Of a stretch of 64,000 nucleotides of DNA, positions 19,873 through 30,273 are shown one piece after another (position 1 is the stretch's first letter; every line of letters begins with the position of its first letter). Position numbers and translations under genes: made by a program. The notes under the pieces were generated by a model. It was not told where the DNA came from. It worked only from the letters and a program-made list of their open reading frames with translations, and searched no databases. Origin of the DNA: an uncultured Clostridia bacterium. Lineage in GTDB: Bacteria; Bacillota; Clostridia; TANB77; CAG-508. The stretch lies in the NCBI GenBank assembly GCA_944393375.1, contig CALXZX010000002.1, positions 15,487 to 79,486 of the forward strand, written 5' to 3'.

Positions 19873-19910
19873 AAATGTACATAGAATATTTGATTTTATG
19901 TACATTTTTT
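19873..19910 (+). terminator. Rho-independent terminator after the AIM24 gene
   Basis: aaatgtacat / atgtacattt 10-bp stem followed by a T-run. Confidence 0.65.
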
Positions 19911-20050
19911 ATTACTAGTTAAATGTAGGAAATATTGATATATCTATTATTTCCTAATATAAAAGTAATACATAAGAACCAGACTATACAAATTGATAAA
20001 AATATGATACAACTATGATGAAATAAATATACAGAAGAAGGGAGAAATGT

Positions 20051-20833
20051 ATGAATATAGATATGATTATGATATTGGTTATACCATTTTTAGGAACACT
20101 TTTAGGTTCAGCAATGGTATTTTTTATGAAAAAATCCATTCATAAAACAGTAGAAAAATTGTTAATTGGATTTGCAGCAGGTGTGATGATGGCAGCTTCT
20201 ATTTGGTCTTTACTAATGCCATCTATGGAAATGGCAACAGAGCAACACGAAATTTCATGGTTGCCAGCAGTTATTGGATTTTTATTAGGAATTGGTTTTT
20301 TATTGATTTTAGATAGTATCATACCACATTTACATTTACATACAGATAAACCAGAAGGGATTAAAGCAAAAATAAAAGAATCCACTATGCTTGTTTTTGC
20401 TGTAACACTTCATAATATTCCAGAAGGAATGGCTATGGGAGTAACATTAGCAGGAGCTATGATAGGAAATGTTGGAATTAGTCTAGCAGGTGCAATTAGT
20501 TTAGCAATTGGTATAGCGATTCAAAATTTTCCAGAAGGTGCTATCATATCTATGCCATTAAGAAGCCAAGGTATGTCTAAGTTGAAAGCATTTGTGTATG
20601 GAACATTATCTGGAATTGTTGAACCAATTGCGGCTATAATAACAATATTATTAACAAATGCCACTGTACCAATATTACCATATTTATTAGCTTTTGCAGC
20701 AGGAGCTATGATTTATGTCGTAGTAGAAGAATTGATTCCAGAATCACAAGCAGGAGACCATTCAAACATGGGAACAATTGGTGTTGCAATTGGTTTTGTG
20801 ATTATGATGATATTAGATGTGGCGTTAGGATAA
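20051..20833 (+). CDS. ZIP family metal (zinc) transporter
   Basis: Eight predicted TM segments. Signature HNIPEGMAMG and QNFPEGA motifs as in ZupT/GufA. Confidence 0.88.
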   Translation: MNIDMIMILVIPFLGTLLGSAMVFFMKKSIHKTVEKLLIGFAAGVMMAASIWSLLMPSMEMATEQHEISWLPAVIGFLLGIGFLLILDSIIPHLHLHTDKPEGIKAKIKESTMLVFAVTLHNIPEGMAMGVTLAGAMIGNVGISLAGAISLAIGIAIQNFPEGAIISMPLRSQGMSKLKAFVYGTLSGIVEPIAAIITILLTNATVPILPYLLAFAAGAMIYVVVEELIPESQAGDHSNMGTIGVAIGFVIMMILDVALG

Positions 20834-20907
20834 ATTGACATAAATAGTTAAAAATGATAATATATATATATGAACCAAGTAAAAACTTTCAGAAAGGAGA
20901 GGAAAAA

Positions 20908-21363
20908 ATGAGATTAATTAGGAGAAAAAAGAAAGAGACGATGTTAGGGGGGACTCTAACACAACGCCGGATAATAGAGAGGCATCCAGGAATTGAATTA
21001 AAGGCAGAAGAAGCCTTAAAAAAAATGGGAAGGAAAAGACTTGTCGATGAAATCGTACATGACATCAATGTACGAATAAAAAAGACAAATGTCAATCTTC
21101 CCAAGGTTTCTGAATCTATTTTTGATTCAGAGGACAATGAAGACAAAATTCTCTTGATTATAGAGAATGTTATCATGACAACTTTGATTGAAAAAGTTGT
21201 CATGGAGGGAAATGTAAGTTTTGAACAGAAAGTGAAAAACTTACATTTGACAAAAGAAGATTACCAGATCTTTAAGGATAAGATCTGTGATTATGTTTGG
21301 GATTTGATGATGGAACAATTTATAGGTCAAATCCTATTTGAGTCCCCATTTGACTGGGGTTAA
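20908..21363 (+). CDS. Hypothetical protein
   Basis: ATG at 20908 after AAAGGAGAGG is preferred to the track start at 20854. No recognisable domain. Confidence 0.5.
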   Translation: MRLIRRKKKETMLGGTLTQRRIIERHPGIELKAEEALKKMGRKRLVDEIVHDINVRIKKTNVNLPKVSESIFDSEDNEDKILLIIENVIMTTLIEKVVMEGNVSFEQKVKNLHLTKEDYQIFKDKICDYVWDLMMEQFIGQILFESPFDWG

Positions 21364-21584
21364 TATTGACAGCGATAAACTCATTTAAGGAAGGGAGGTC
21401 AGGAGCATTTTGCCAAAGACCTCCTCTCTCCTTTTATATAGATTGAATTTTTTCGTCACAATATGTGTAGATAATAAAAGAGTTATATCGAAACTTTATT
21501 TTTAAAAAAATTTATGGTATGATGAAAAAAATATGTCTAAAAATCAGTTACAAAAGAAAGAAAAATATGAAGAAGGAGTAACAA

Positions 21585-22877
21585 ATGAAAGCAATTGCGA
21601 AATATAAAACGAAAAAGGAAGAAACAAAAGCCAAAAGAAAAAATGCAAAACTATTTCCTATATATAAAATGTTTTCTTGGGATTTACTATTTTTCTATTC
21701 TACACAATATTTGTTTTATACAATGGTAAAGGGAATTTCAGCAGGAGAAATCTTAAAACTAGATGCGTTTTTTCCATTATTTATCATTGTTATGCAATTA
21801 CCAGCAGCAATATGTGCAGATTTTTTAGGAAGGAAAAAAAGTCTAGTGATAGGAAATATCATAATGGTTATATATATCTTATTATTGATTCTGTTACCAG
21901 GAATAATAGGCATTTTTATAGCTAATATTGTATATGCTTTTGGATATAGCTTAAGAGGAATACAAGCAACAAATATATTATATGATCCAACAGCGACAAA
22001 AGGAGGAGAAGGCTTATATCCCAAAATCAATGGAAAAGGAGCAACAGGGTATTATATATTAGATGGAATTGCATCACTAACAGCAGGATATTTATTTGTT
22101 ATTAATGGATATATACCAATGATTATTTGTTTGGTATTTACAATTATAGCAACCATCATTTCAACTAGATTTCAAGATATATATATCAATCAATTAGAGG
22201 AAAATGAAGTTTCGAACAAAATAAAGGAATATAAAGAAGATTTTAAAGTATCTATAAAAAATATTATGACTTCTAAAAGATTAAGAGCTTTACTAATTTT
22301 TATGGGGATATTCAATGCATTTATCACCATAACAGGAACATATAGAGGAAACGTATTGACAGAACTAGAAGTAAGACCAGAAGTATTTTCTATGATAATT
22401 TCTATACTCTCATTTATAGGTGGGATTGCAACAACATTTCAAGATAAGATACATAAAAAGTTCAGAAATAAAACATTTGCTGTATTATCTTTAACCTTTG
22501 TGATAAGTGTGATTATAATGGGAATTTTATTACTTACAGGAAAAAACAACATATTACCAATTATCTTAATCTTACTTTCTGTACGAAATATTACCATGTC
22601 AAATTATTATGTATTATCAGAAAGGTATTCTAAGAACTTTTCAACCCCAAAAACAAGGTCAAGAATTTCCTTTGCCACAGAATTTACCACAAATATCATA
22701 GAAGCAATTGCAGTATTTTTGGCAGGTATGTTATTAGATGCAACCAATATTAGATTTGCAACCATATTTATTGGATTAGCTTTTTTAGTATTATTTGTTT
22801 TAGGATTAGATTATATGAGAACAAGAGTTGGCTTAAAGCCAGAAGAATATGATAAAAAAGATATAGAATTAGAATAA
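21585..22877 (+). CDS. MFS-type transporter (paralog 1 of 3)
   Basis: AGGAG RBS. About 12 hydrophobic segments. MFS loop-like motif DFLGRKKSLVIG between TM2 and TM3. Confidence 0.75.
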   Translation: MKAIAKYKTKKEETKAKRKNAKLFPIYKMFSWDLLFFYSTQYLFYTMVKGISAGEILKLDAFFPLFIIVMQLPAAICADFLGRKKSLVIGNIIMVIYILLLILLPGIIGIFIANIVYAFGYSLRGIQATNILYDPTATKGGEGLYPKINGKGATGYYILDGIASLTAGYLFVINGYIPMIICLVFTIIATIISTRFQDIYINQLEENEVSNKIKEYKEDFKVSIKNIMTSKRLRALLIFMGIFNAFITITGTYRGNVLTELEVRPEVFSMIISILSFIGGIATTFQDKIHKKFRNKTFAVLSLTFVISVIIMGILLLTGKNNILPIILILLSVRNITMSNYYVLSERYSKNFSTPKTRSRISFATEFTTNIIEAIAVFLAGMLLDATNIRFATIFIGLAFLVLFVLGLDYMRTRVGLKPEEYDKKDIELE

Positions 22878-22892
22878 AGGAGCGAGCGTAAA

Positions 22893-23498
22893 ATGAATGA
22901 AAATAAATTTTCAAAAGAAATATATGGAGATGCAGATGGAATCTATATGAGTTGTCCAGAAGTTATAAGTAAACATTTGGCTGAAAAATTAGCTAAGTAT
23001 AAAACTGGTGTAGAATTATGTTGTGCATTAGGAATAACCGTTATCCAGTTGGCAAAAAAACTAGAATATGTTTATGGAATTGATATGGATACAGAAAGGA
23101 TTATATCTGCAAAGAAAAATGCACAATTATATGGTGTTCAAAATAAAACAGAATTTATACAGGGAAATGTTTTAGATGAAATTCTTTTAAAAAGCATACA
23201 AGCAGAAGTTGCCATATTAGACCCAGATTGGAGTGCAGGAAGTAACAAAAAAGAGCATGTAGCAGATTTGGAAATGACACAACCAAGTATGAAGGATATG
23301 TTTTTTAAGGTAAAAAAGAATATAACACATAATCTGGTATTAAGAATTCCGAATACATTTACTTTTGAAACATTAAGCATTCTAGGAAAATGTGAGATTG
23401 AAAACATTATATGGGATAATAGGGTTAGGTTTAAATATGCTTTTTTTGCAGATGATATTGTCGAAAATAGAGAAACAGATGTACAGTTTACGATATAG
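22893..23498 (+). CDS. Class I methyltransferase-fold protein (Tgs1/PF09445-like layout, motif I degenerate)
   Basis: GIDMD..RIISAKKNAQLYGV..KTEFIQGNV...AILDPDWS is colinear with the IDID...A..NA.iYGV..kI.Fi.GD...PPWGG pattern. The Gly-rich SAM loop is replaced by CCALGIT. Confidence 0.4.
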   Translation: MNENKFSKEIYGDADGIYMSCPEVISKHLAEKLAKYKTGVELCCALGITVIQLAKKLEYVYGIDMDTERIISAKKNAQLYGVQNKTEFIQGNVLDEILLKSIQAEVAILDPDWSAGSNKKEHVADLEMTQPSMKDMFFKVKKNITHNLVLRIPNTFTFETLSILGKCEIENIIWDNRVRFKYAFFADDIVENRETDVQFTI

Positions 23499-23532
23499 TG
23501 TTAGATAGATAAAAAATAAAAGGAAGAATGAA

Positions 23533-24759
23533 ATGAAACAAAATATGAAGAAAATAGATAGGAGTATTAAGACATTTCCACTGTTTGCAGCATTTTCATC
23601 AGACTTAATCTTTTTCGTACCAATTGATACCTTATTTTTAACTTTAGTAAAAGGCTTAAGTGCAAGTCAAATAACAGCCATGACAATGGTATCTTTAGCA
23701 GTATGTATTGTCTTACAAAAAGTTATATTGAGAATGGTAGAAAAAATAGGGAATATTAAATCCTTAAAATTAGGAGCATTTATGCTACTAATTGCCTCTG
23801 TAATATTAACATTTGGAAGCTCTTTTACAGCCATGTTAATATATAGATGTTTATATGAAATTGCTTTTATGTTTTTGAATATGTCAAGAATTGTCTTAAA
23901 AAACAATTTAATAGCAATTAATAGACAAGAGGATTATTATAAAATAAGAAACAAAGCCAAAATATTATATTCTATTATCACAATTATAACAGCATTATTA
24001 GCAGGTACATTATTTAATATGAATAATTATTTGCCAATGTATTTATCTATTTTAGTATATATGATTATGTTAGGAATGTCTTTTCTATTTTATGAAGCCA
24101 AATTAGAAAATGATGATACAAAACAAGAAGATGTAAAAAAGAAGAAATTAAAAATAACTTCTACAATTTTCTTGATTATTTTATCAAATGCTGTATTTTA
24201 TTCCATTATAAAAATGGGACAAAACAATAGTAAATTATTTATGCAGTATGATTTTCAAGAATTTCTATCAATAGAAATGGTAACCTATTATATTACAACA
24301 ATTGTATTTTTATCAAGATTAGCCAGATTAGCAGGAAATGTGGTATTTGGAAAATTATATTTAAAAATAAAGGATAAATTAAGTATTCTACTATCTGTAT
24401 TATTAAGTATGGCATTTTTCTTATTAATTTTAGGACATTTCCTAAGTATAGGATTTATATATAAAGTGATTATCATGTCATTAGGATTTTTCTTGATATT
24501 GGCTATTAGAGATTCATTCCAAGTATATATAGAAGATATAGCATTAACCATTGCCAATAAAGAGGAACAACAAGAAATGATGATAGACATTGAAGTATAT
24601 AGAAAAGTAGGAACACTCATTTTAAGTGCAATATTTACACTAATACTTATGAAATTTGAATTAATTGTTATAGAAGGTATACTATGCGTATTAGCAATAA
24701 TAGAAGTAGGAATTAGTTATCAATTAAGTAAAAAACTAGAAAAAGGAAAGAAAACATGA
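23533..24759 (+). CDS. MFS-like membrane protein (paralog 2 of 3)
   Basis: Polytopic. The N-terminal region (FPLFAAFSSDLIFFVPIDTLFLTLVKGLSASQI) is homologous to that of the 21585 product. Confidence 0.65.
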   Translation: MKQNMKKIDRSIKTFPLFAAFSSDLIFFVPIDTLFLTLVKGLSASQITAMTMVSLAVCIVLQKVILRMVEKIGNIKSLKLGAFMLLIASVILTFGSSFTAMLIYRCLYEIAFMFLNMSRIVLKNNLIAINRQEDYYKIRNKAKILYSIITIITALLAGTLFNMNNYLPMYLSILVYMIMLGMSFLFYEAKLENDDTKQEDVKKKKLKITSTIFLIILSNAVFYSIIKMGQNNSKLFMQYDFQEFLSIEMVTYYITTIVFLSRLARLAGNVVFGKLYLKIKDKLSILLSVLLSMAFFLLILGHFLSIGFIYKVIIMSLGFFLILAIRDSFQVYIEDIALTIANKEEQQEMMIDIEVYRKVGTLILSAIFTLILMKFELIVIEGILCVLAIIEVGISYQLSKKLEKGKKT

Positions 24760-25958
24760 GAGAATATAAAAGAGAATCCAATATTATTATTATCATAAAT
24801 GCATTAAGAAAAATTATTGAAATATTTTCAGGTCCATTTTTAACCACATATTTTATAAAAACATCTTTAGAAAGTATTTTAGATATATCCATATATAATA
24901 CATTTTCATATATTGTATTAGCAATTACTTGTTTAATGGTGGGATATATCATAAAAAATAAGTTTAAAATGGCGGCATTTCGAGCAGGTGTCATCATCAA
25001 TTTTATATATATTTTGACGATTATTATTTTAAAGGAAAGGATTATCCAGCATTTGTGGCTATTAGCTATATTGTATGGCCTTTTCTCAGGATTATATTTT
25101 ATGCCGTTTAATTTAATTTTAGGAAATAAAATTAAAAATGAAGATAGGACAGGATATGAAGTAAAAAAAGAAATGATATCTTCCATTATCAATATTGTGA
25201 TACCAATCGTATTAGGCTCTATCATTACGGTTACAAATTATATATTAACAGCAGTTATCATTCTTATACTTTCATTGATACAAATTATTCTTTCTTTTGT
25301 ATTAAAACCACTTGAAGAATCAGGAGAAAAATTTAATATGAAAGGCATGATACAAATTGTAAAAAAGAATAAAGATATCAAAAGAATGATGTTGGCAGAA
25401 TATTTAACAGGAATCAGTGTAAATAATAGTGCATTGGCAACTATAGCTACAATTTTAATTTATAATGCTTTTCAAACAGATTTAAATTTAGGAATTATCA
25501 CCTCTATTTCTTATATCCTACAATTAATTGTTATCTATCTGTATGGAAAAAGATATAAAGGAAAATCAGATAAAAATATTATCATTTTATTATCTATTCT
25601 ACCAATGATAACATTAGGAATGTTTTTACTGTATCCAAATGCTGTTACAGTAATTATCTATAATTTGTATTTTACGATTTTTGTAAATTTGATAGGTATT
25701 ATAAGGTCTGTAAGATTATACAACATTTCCAATAGTGGTGAAATTAATAGAAGCAACCAAGAGGAATTTTGGTCAGTAAGAGAAGTTTGCTTAAATTTAG
25801 GAAGAACAACAGGATTTGTCATTTTATTGATAGTCGGAATAATAGCAAATAATGTAGCTTTAAATATAGTGATGATTATGCTAACCATGATAATTTTGGT
25901 ATTAGGTGTTATTTTAAGCAAAGTAGACAAAAATAAATATGAAAATAAAAAAATATAA
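24756..25958 (+). CDS. MFS-like membrane protein (paralog 3 of 3)
   Basis: Polytopic, 400 aa. ATGA start/stop overlap with the preceding gene suggests translational coupling. Confidence 0.6.
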   Translation: MREYKRESNIIIIINALRKIIEIFSGPFLTTYFIKTSLESILDISIYNTFSYIVLAITCLMVGYIIKNKFKMAAFRAGVIINFIYILTIIILKERIIQHLWLLAILYGLFSGLYFMPFNLILGNKIKNEDRTGYEVKKEMISSIINIVIPIVLGSIITVTNYILTAVIILILSLIQIILSFVLKPLEESGEKFNMKGMIQIVKKNKDIKRMMLAEYLTGISVNNSALATIATILIYNAFQTDLNLGIITSISYILQLIVIYLYGKRYKGKSDKNIIILLSILPMITLGMFLLYPNAVTVIIYNLYFTIFVNLIGIIRSVRLYNISNSGEINRSNQEEFWSVREVCLNLGRTTGFVILLIVGIIANNVALNIVMIMLTMIILVLGVILSKVDKNKYENKKI

Positions 25959-25977
25959 AAGAAGGAGTGTTATTACT

Positions 25978-26628
25978 ATGATAAAAGCAGTGATATTTGA
26001 TATGGATGGAACCATGCTAGATACAGAACATATAAAAGAGGAAGGATTAAAATATGCAGGAAAATGTTTAAATATAAATATAGATAATGCAACTTTAACA
26101 CAAATAAGAGGAACAAATAATAAATGTTTAAAAGAAATATTATGTAATAAGTTTGAAGGATTAGATGTGCAAAAATTATTGGAGATAAGAGAAAAATATG
26201 TTGAAACATATTTTGAAAATCATCCAATAGAAACCAAAAAAGGACTTTTTGAATTATTAGAATTTTTGAAAAATCATGAATATAAAATGGCAGTGGCAAG
26301 TTCTTCTAATTTAGAAGTCATAAAAAAATATTTGGAAAAGGTTGAGGTATTGGATTACTTTGATATAATAATGAGTGGAGATTTGGTAACCAAAGGAAAA
26401 CCAGATCCAGAAATTTATTTAAAATGTTTAGAACAATTAAGCTTATCTAAGGAAGAATGTATAGGTGTTGAGGATACAGCAAATGGCGTTTTATCGATAC
26501 ATAAAGCAGGTATGAAGCCTATCATGATACCAGACTTAGAAGAACCTTCAAAAGAAATAGAACATATTGTATATGCAAAATTAAAATCTTTATTAGATGT
26601 GATTCCATTATTAAAAGAAATACATTAA
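25978..26628 (+). CDS. HAD family hydrolase (beta-phosphoglucomutase/phosphatase-like)
   Basis: ATG at 25978 after GAAGGAG. Motif I IFDMDGTMLDTE, motif II SSS, motif III/IV K...EDTANG. Confidence 0.85.
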   Translation: MIKAVIFDMDGTMLDTEHIKEEGLKYAGKCLNINIDNATLTQIRGTNNKCLKEILCNKFEGLDVQKLLEIREKYVETYFENHPIETKKGLFELLEFLKNHEYKMAVASSSNLEVIKKYLEKVEVLDYFDIIMSGDLVTKGKPDPEIYLKCLEQLSLSKEECIGVEDTANGVLSIHKAGMKPIMIPDLEEPSKEIEHIVYAKLKSLLDVIPLLKEIH

Positions 26629-26647
26629 AATGAAAAGGAGAGGAAAT

Positions 26648-27430
26648 ATGAGAGTATTAGCAATTGGAGATATTGTAGGAGAAAAAGCTGTTGAAACGGT
26701 AAAAGAAAATTTAAAAGAAATAAAAGAAACAAAACAAATTGATTTTGTTATTGCAAATGGAGAAAATGCAAAAAATGGAAATGGATTAGATAAAAATTTA
26801 TTTAACCAATTAATAACTGCAGGTGTAGATGTTATTACAATGGGGAATCATACCTGGGGAGATGAAGAAATTTATCAGTTTATTGAAGATGATAGAATCA
26901 TAAGACCAGGGAATATAACAAAAGGGATACCTGGAAAAGGATACACAATAAAAGAAAAAAATGGACATAAAATAATGGTTATGAATTTAATAGGAAGAAG
27001 AAATATGGAAGGTGTATATTTTTCAGATAATCCATTTATTGAGGCAAATGAAATATTAGAAAGGTATCAAGAAGAAATAAAAATCATATTTGTAGATTTT
27101 CATGCACAATGTACAGGAGAAAAATTTATGCTTGCCTATTATTTAGATGGAAGGGTAAGTGCTGTTTATGGAACACATACACATGTACAAACAGCAAATG
27201 AAACAATTATGCCAAAAGGAACAGGATTTATAACAGATATTGGAATGACAGGACCAATATATTCAGATTTAGGTTGTGATGCCGAAAACTCCTTAAAACG
27301 ATATATAGAAGATAAACCTGTTCAAGATATAGTATCTAATCATGCTATTATGTTAAATGGAGCTATATTTGAAATAGATGAAAATACAGGAAAAACTATA
27401 AATGTAGAAAGGATAAATATTGTTTATTAA
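26648..27430 (+). CDS. ymdB: YmdB-type (TIGR00282) metallophosphoesterase, 2',3'-cyclic-nucleotide phosphodiesterase
   Basis: ATG at 26648 after AAGGAGAGG. MRVLAIGDIVG, ANGENA.NG.GL, GNHTW, DFHA and GTHTHV motifs. Confidence 0.88.
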   Translation: MRVLAIGDIVGEKAVETVKENLKEIKETKQIDFVIANGENAKNGNGLDKNLFNQLITAGVDVITMGNHTWGDEEIYQFIEDDRIIRPGNITKGIPGKGYTIKEKNGHKIMVMNLIGRRNMEGVYFSDNPFIEANEILERYQEEIKIIFVDFHAQCTGEKFMLAYYLDGRVSAVYGTHTHVQTANETIMPKGTGFITDIGMTGPIYSDLGCDAENSLKRYIEDKPVQDIVSNHAIMLNGAIFEIDENTGKTINVERINIVY

Positions 27431-27501
27431 ATAAAAGAAAGGAAAGTTAGTCGTTTTTCGTGGCACTTTGTGCCGAGCGAAGCGACGGAATGGAGGTTTA
27501 T

Positions 27502-28065
27502 ATGAAATTTTATATCATTAGACATGGACAAACTAATTGGAATAAAAAGGGTAAAATTCAAGGAAAGACAGATATTGAATTAAATGAAGAAGGAATTGAA
27601 CAGGCAAAAGAGGCAAGGAAAATTTTAGAGAATTATCCAATTGATATGATAGTAGCTTCTCCCTTAAAAAGAGCTAGAAAAACAGCAGAAATTATAAATG
27701 AAACTAGAAAAGCACCTATTGTGTTTGACAAAGCACTAGAAGAAAGAGGATTTGGGGATTTTGAAGGAAAAATACGAAAAGAAATTCATGATGAGATATT
27801 AGATTCAGAGATATTAGATAATTATAGCCTAAATAAGGAATATAAAGGTGTAGAGACTATACGAAGTTTATGTGATAGAGTGTGGGGATTAATAGAAAAA
27901 TTGAAAAAATCGTATGCAGATAAAAACATTTTGTTAGTAACACATGGAGGTGTCACAAGAGCGATTAGTGGATATTTTAATGGACCAAATGAAAACGGAA
28001 TATTAGAAGATTTAGATTTAAAAAATTGTGAAATCAGAACATATGAAATAAAGGAGGAAAAATAA
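27502..28065 (+). CDS. Histidine phosphatase family protein (phosphoglycerate mutase-like)
   Basis: ATG at 27502 after GGAGG. RHGQTNWN catalytic motif and a downstream THGG motif. Confidence 0.88.
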   Translation: MKFYIIRHGQTNWNKKGKIQGKTDIELNEEGIEQAKEARKILENYPIDMIVASPLKRARKTAEIINETRKAPIVFDKALEERGFGDFEGKIRKEIHDEILDSEILDNYSLNKEYKGVETIRSLCDRVWGLIEKLKKSYADKNILLVTHGGVTRAISGYFNGPNENGILEDLDLKNCEIRTYEIKEEK

Positions 28066-28907
28066 TGCAAGTATTTAATTATCACTCACACACATATAGA
28101 TGTGGACATGCAGATTTAGATTTTACAGATGAAGAATATGTAGAAGCATATATCAAAATGGGATTTAAAAGAATAGCTTTTACAGACCATTGCCCAGAAA
28201 AAAACAAAATAGATAAAAGAAAAAATATGCGTATGGAATATAATCAAAGAAAAGAATATTTAGGAAGTATACAAGTATTAAAAGAAAAGTATGCTGGACA
28301 AATTGAAATTCAAAGTGGCTATGAAGTGGAATATTTACTAGGAGAAGAAGAAAACTTAAAAGAATTAAAAACTGAAACAGATAAATTGATTTTAGGACAG
28401 CATTTTGTTTATGATGATAATAAAAATCTAAAAATACATGGAAAAGATGATTTTTCAGATAAAGAGTTATTAAGATATGCAGAATATATAGAACAAGCCA
28501 TGAAATGCAATATACCTGATATTATTGCACATCCAGATTTGTACATGTTAAAGAGAAAAGAATTTGGAGAAATTGAGGAAGAAGTTGCACACCTTATCTG
28601 TCAAGCTGCTGAAAAATATGGAGTACCTTTAGAGATTAATTTAAACAATATATTTGGAAATACCTATTATGAAAATGAAAAATTAAATCATAAACCAATA
28701 GAAGAACAAAGAAAGAACTTGGGAAAAGTAGTATATCCATGTAAGGAATTTTGGAAGATTGCATCAGAATATGATATACATGTAATATATGGAATAGATA
28801 CTCACCATAGAGGACAAATTGAGTTATTTAATGAATTTGTGGAATTATCAAATGAAATTATAGGAAAAGATGTAATAGAAAAATTGAATTTTATAGATAT
28901 GAAGTAA
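28065..28907 (+). CDS. PHP-domain phosphatase (HisJ-type histidinol-phosphatase family)
   Basis: N-terminal YHSHTYRCGHA, FTDHCP and HPD motifs. ATG overlaps the upstream stop (TAATG). Confidence 0.8.
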   Translation: MQVFNYHSHTYRCGHADLDFTDEEYVEAYIKMGFKRIAFTDHCPEKNKIDKRKNMRMEYNQRKEYLGSIQVLKEKYAGQIEIQSGYEVEYLLGEEENLKELKTETDKLILGQHFVYDDNKNLKIHGKDDFSDKELLRYAEYIEQAMKCNIPDIIAHPDLYMLKRKEFGEIEEEVAHLICQAAEKYGVPLEINLNNIFGNTYYENEKLNHKPIEEQRKNLGKVVYPCKEFWKIASEYDIHVIYGIDTHHRGQIELFNEFVELSNEIIGKDVIEKLNFIDMK

Positions 28908-28919
28908 AGGAAGAAAAAT

Positions 28920-29015
28920 ATGTTAGCAAATAAGTTAAATTATGGAGATACTATAGGTGTTGTCGGAGTATCAAACAGTATTTCTAATAGGAAAGAATTA
29001 ATACAGTATTATTAG
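28920..29015 (+). pseudogene. 31-codon remnant resembling the N-terminus of an LD-carboxypeptidase (S66)-type gene
   Basis: MLANKLNYGDTIGVVGVSNSI... resembles the L.kGDtIGivaPS start of S66 peptidases, then runs into a stop. Weak evidence. Confidence 0.25.
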
Positions 29016-29395
29016 TAAAGGAAAAAGAAGATATTCCAGATGAGAAAATTTTAAAAATTATGGAAGATATTGGTGCAACGCCATTATTAGATAGATTAGA
29101 AAATGGTTTAGATGAGATGGTAACTGTCAATAAATTATCAAAAGGAGAATTACAAATTATTGCATTTATCAGAGCAATTGTTCATAAAGCCAATATTTAT
29201 ATCTTTGATGAACCTACTTCTAATATTGATTTAAGAACAGAAAAAATGATTCAAAGTATTATTGATAAAATTTCAAAAACAAGTACAGTCATTATCATTG
29301 CACATAGATTAGCAACTATACAAAATGTAGATAAGATTTTAAAAGTAGAAAATGGAAAAGTAAAGGAATATTCTGAAAAAGAATTTGTAAAATAA
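28991..29395 (+). pseudogene. 3' fragment of an ABC exporter ATP-binding gene (lacks TMD and Walker A)
   Basis: The frame is open from 28991. It encodes only the region from upstream of the signature motif (LSKGELQ, cf. LSGGQ) through Walker B (IYIFDEPTSNID) and the H-loop (IIAHR). No upstream Walker A or membrane domain is present. Confidence 0.7.
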
Positions 29396-29417
29396 TAAAA
29401 AGAAATGGTGAGGTATT

Positions 29418-30086
29418 ATGAATACATGTCATATTAAATATTGTGGAAAAGATAAAAATGGGATAGATAGATATTGGTGTTTAACCCATAAAGATATTGC
29501 ATCAGATACAGAAGGAAATCAATTAAAAGAGTGTCTATGTAACTATAAAGAAATATATGATAATAAAATAAAGATAGAGCCCCAAAATATAGACAGTATA
29601 AAAGTAACATATAAAAATGTTTTAGAAGAAATAAAACCAAATATTTACTTAAATCAAAAGGAAGAAAATCATGCTTTAGAAATAAAGGACAGTATATTAG
29701 ATTTTAAAGACATTGGTGGGCTTATGATTTCAAAATTAAATGGCATCAAATTAATACCATCTTATTGTTCTTATTGTGGCAAGCCACATACAGATGATGG
29801 AATATTTGCATATACACCACATGCAAAACACTTATGTCAATATTGTGGCTATTTTTATAATGTAGAAAAAGCCAATATTGGAAATGAATTTGCTTTATTC
29901 TTTGATGTTCCAGACATAACTTTAGAAGAAGGAATCGTAGAAATAGAAGATACATTATGCTTAGAATATGATATTTTAAAAGGAACACTACTTACAAATG
30001 GGAAGAATGTAAATAAAGTGAAAGCGAAAGGAAAAATCATATATCTTAAAACATATTTAAATGAATTGTTTAAAGATGAATATTAG
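29418..30086 (+). CDS. Hypothetical Cys-rich (zinc-ribbon-like) protein
   Basis: GGTGAGG RBS. CxxxxC..C N-terminal cluster and CSYCG...CQYCG pairs. No family recognised. Confidence 0.55.
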   Translation: MNTCHIKYCGKDKNGIDRYWCLTHKDIASDTEGNQLKECLCNYKEIYDNKIKIEPQNIDSIKVTYKNVLEEIKPNIYLNQKEENHALEIKDSILDFKDIGGLMISKLNGIKLIPSYCSYCGKPHTDDGIFAYTPHAKHLCQYCGYFYNVEKANIGNEFALFFDVPDITLEEGIVEIEDTLCLEYDILKGTLLTNGKNVNKVKAKGKIIYLKTYLNELFKDEY

Positions 30087-30273
30087 ACATATAAGAAGAT
30101 ACAATAAAAAAGTTGTAATAAATAATTTAGAATTGATGGAAAATTTGGATATAAAAAGTAAGTAAAAATTATTGACAACAATATTTTTTTGAATAATAAT
30201 AAAAAGTAGCAAAAAACAAAAATATGAATTAATAAACAAAATTATAAAAAATAAAACGAAAGAAGATGGATTA

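Noticed and set aside
24713-25225. 170-aa minus-strand ORF
   Set aside because: It is antisense to the MFS-like genes. Its composition (I/F/L/K/N-rich) is typical of AT-rich antisense frames.
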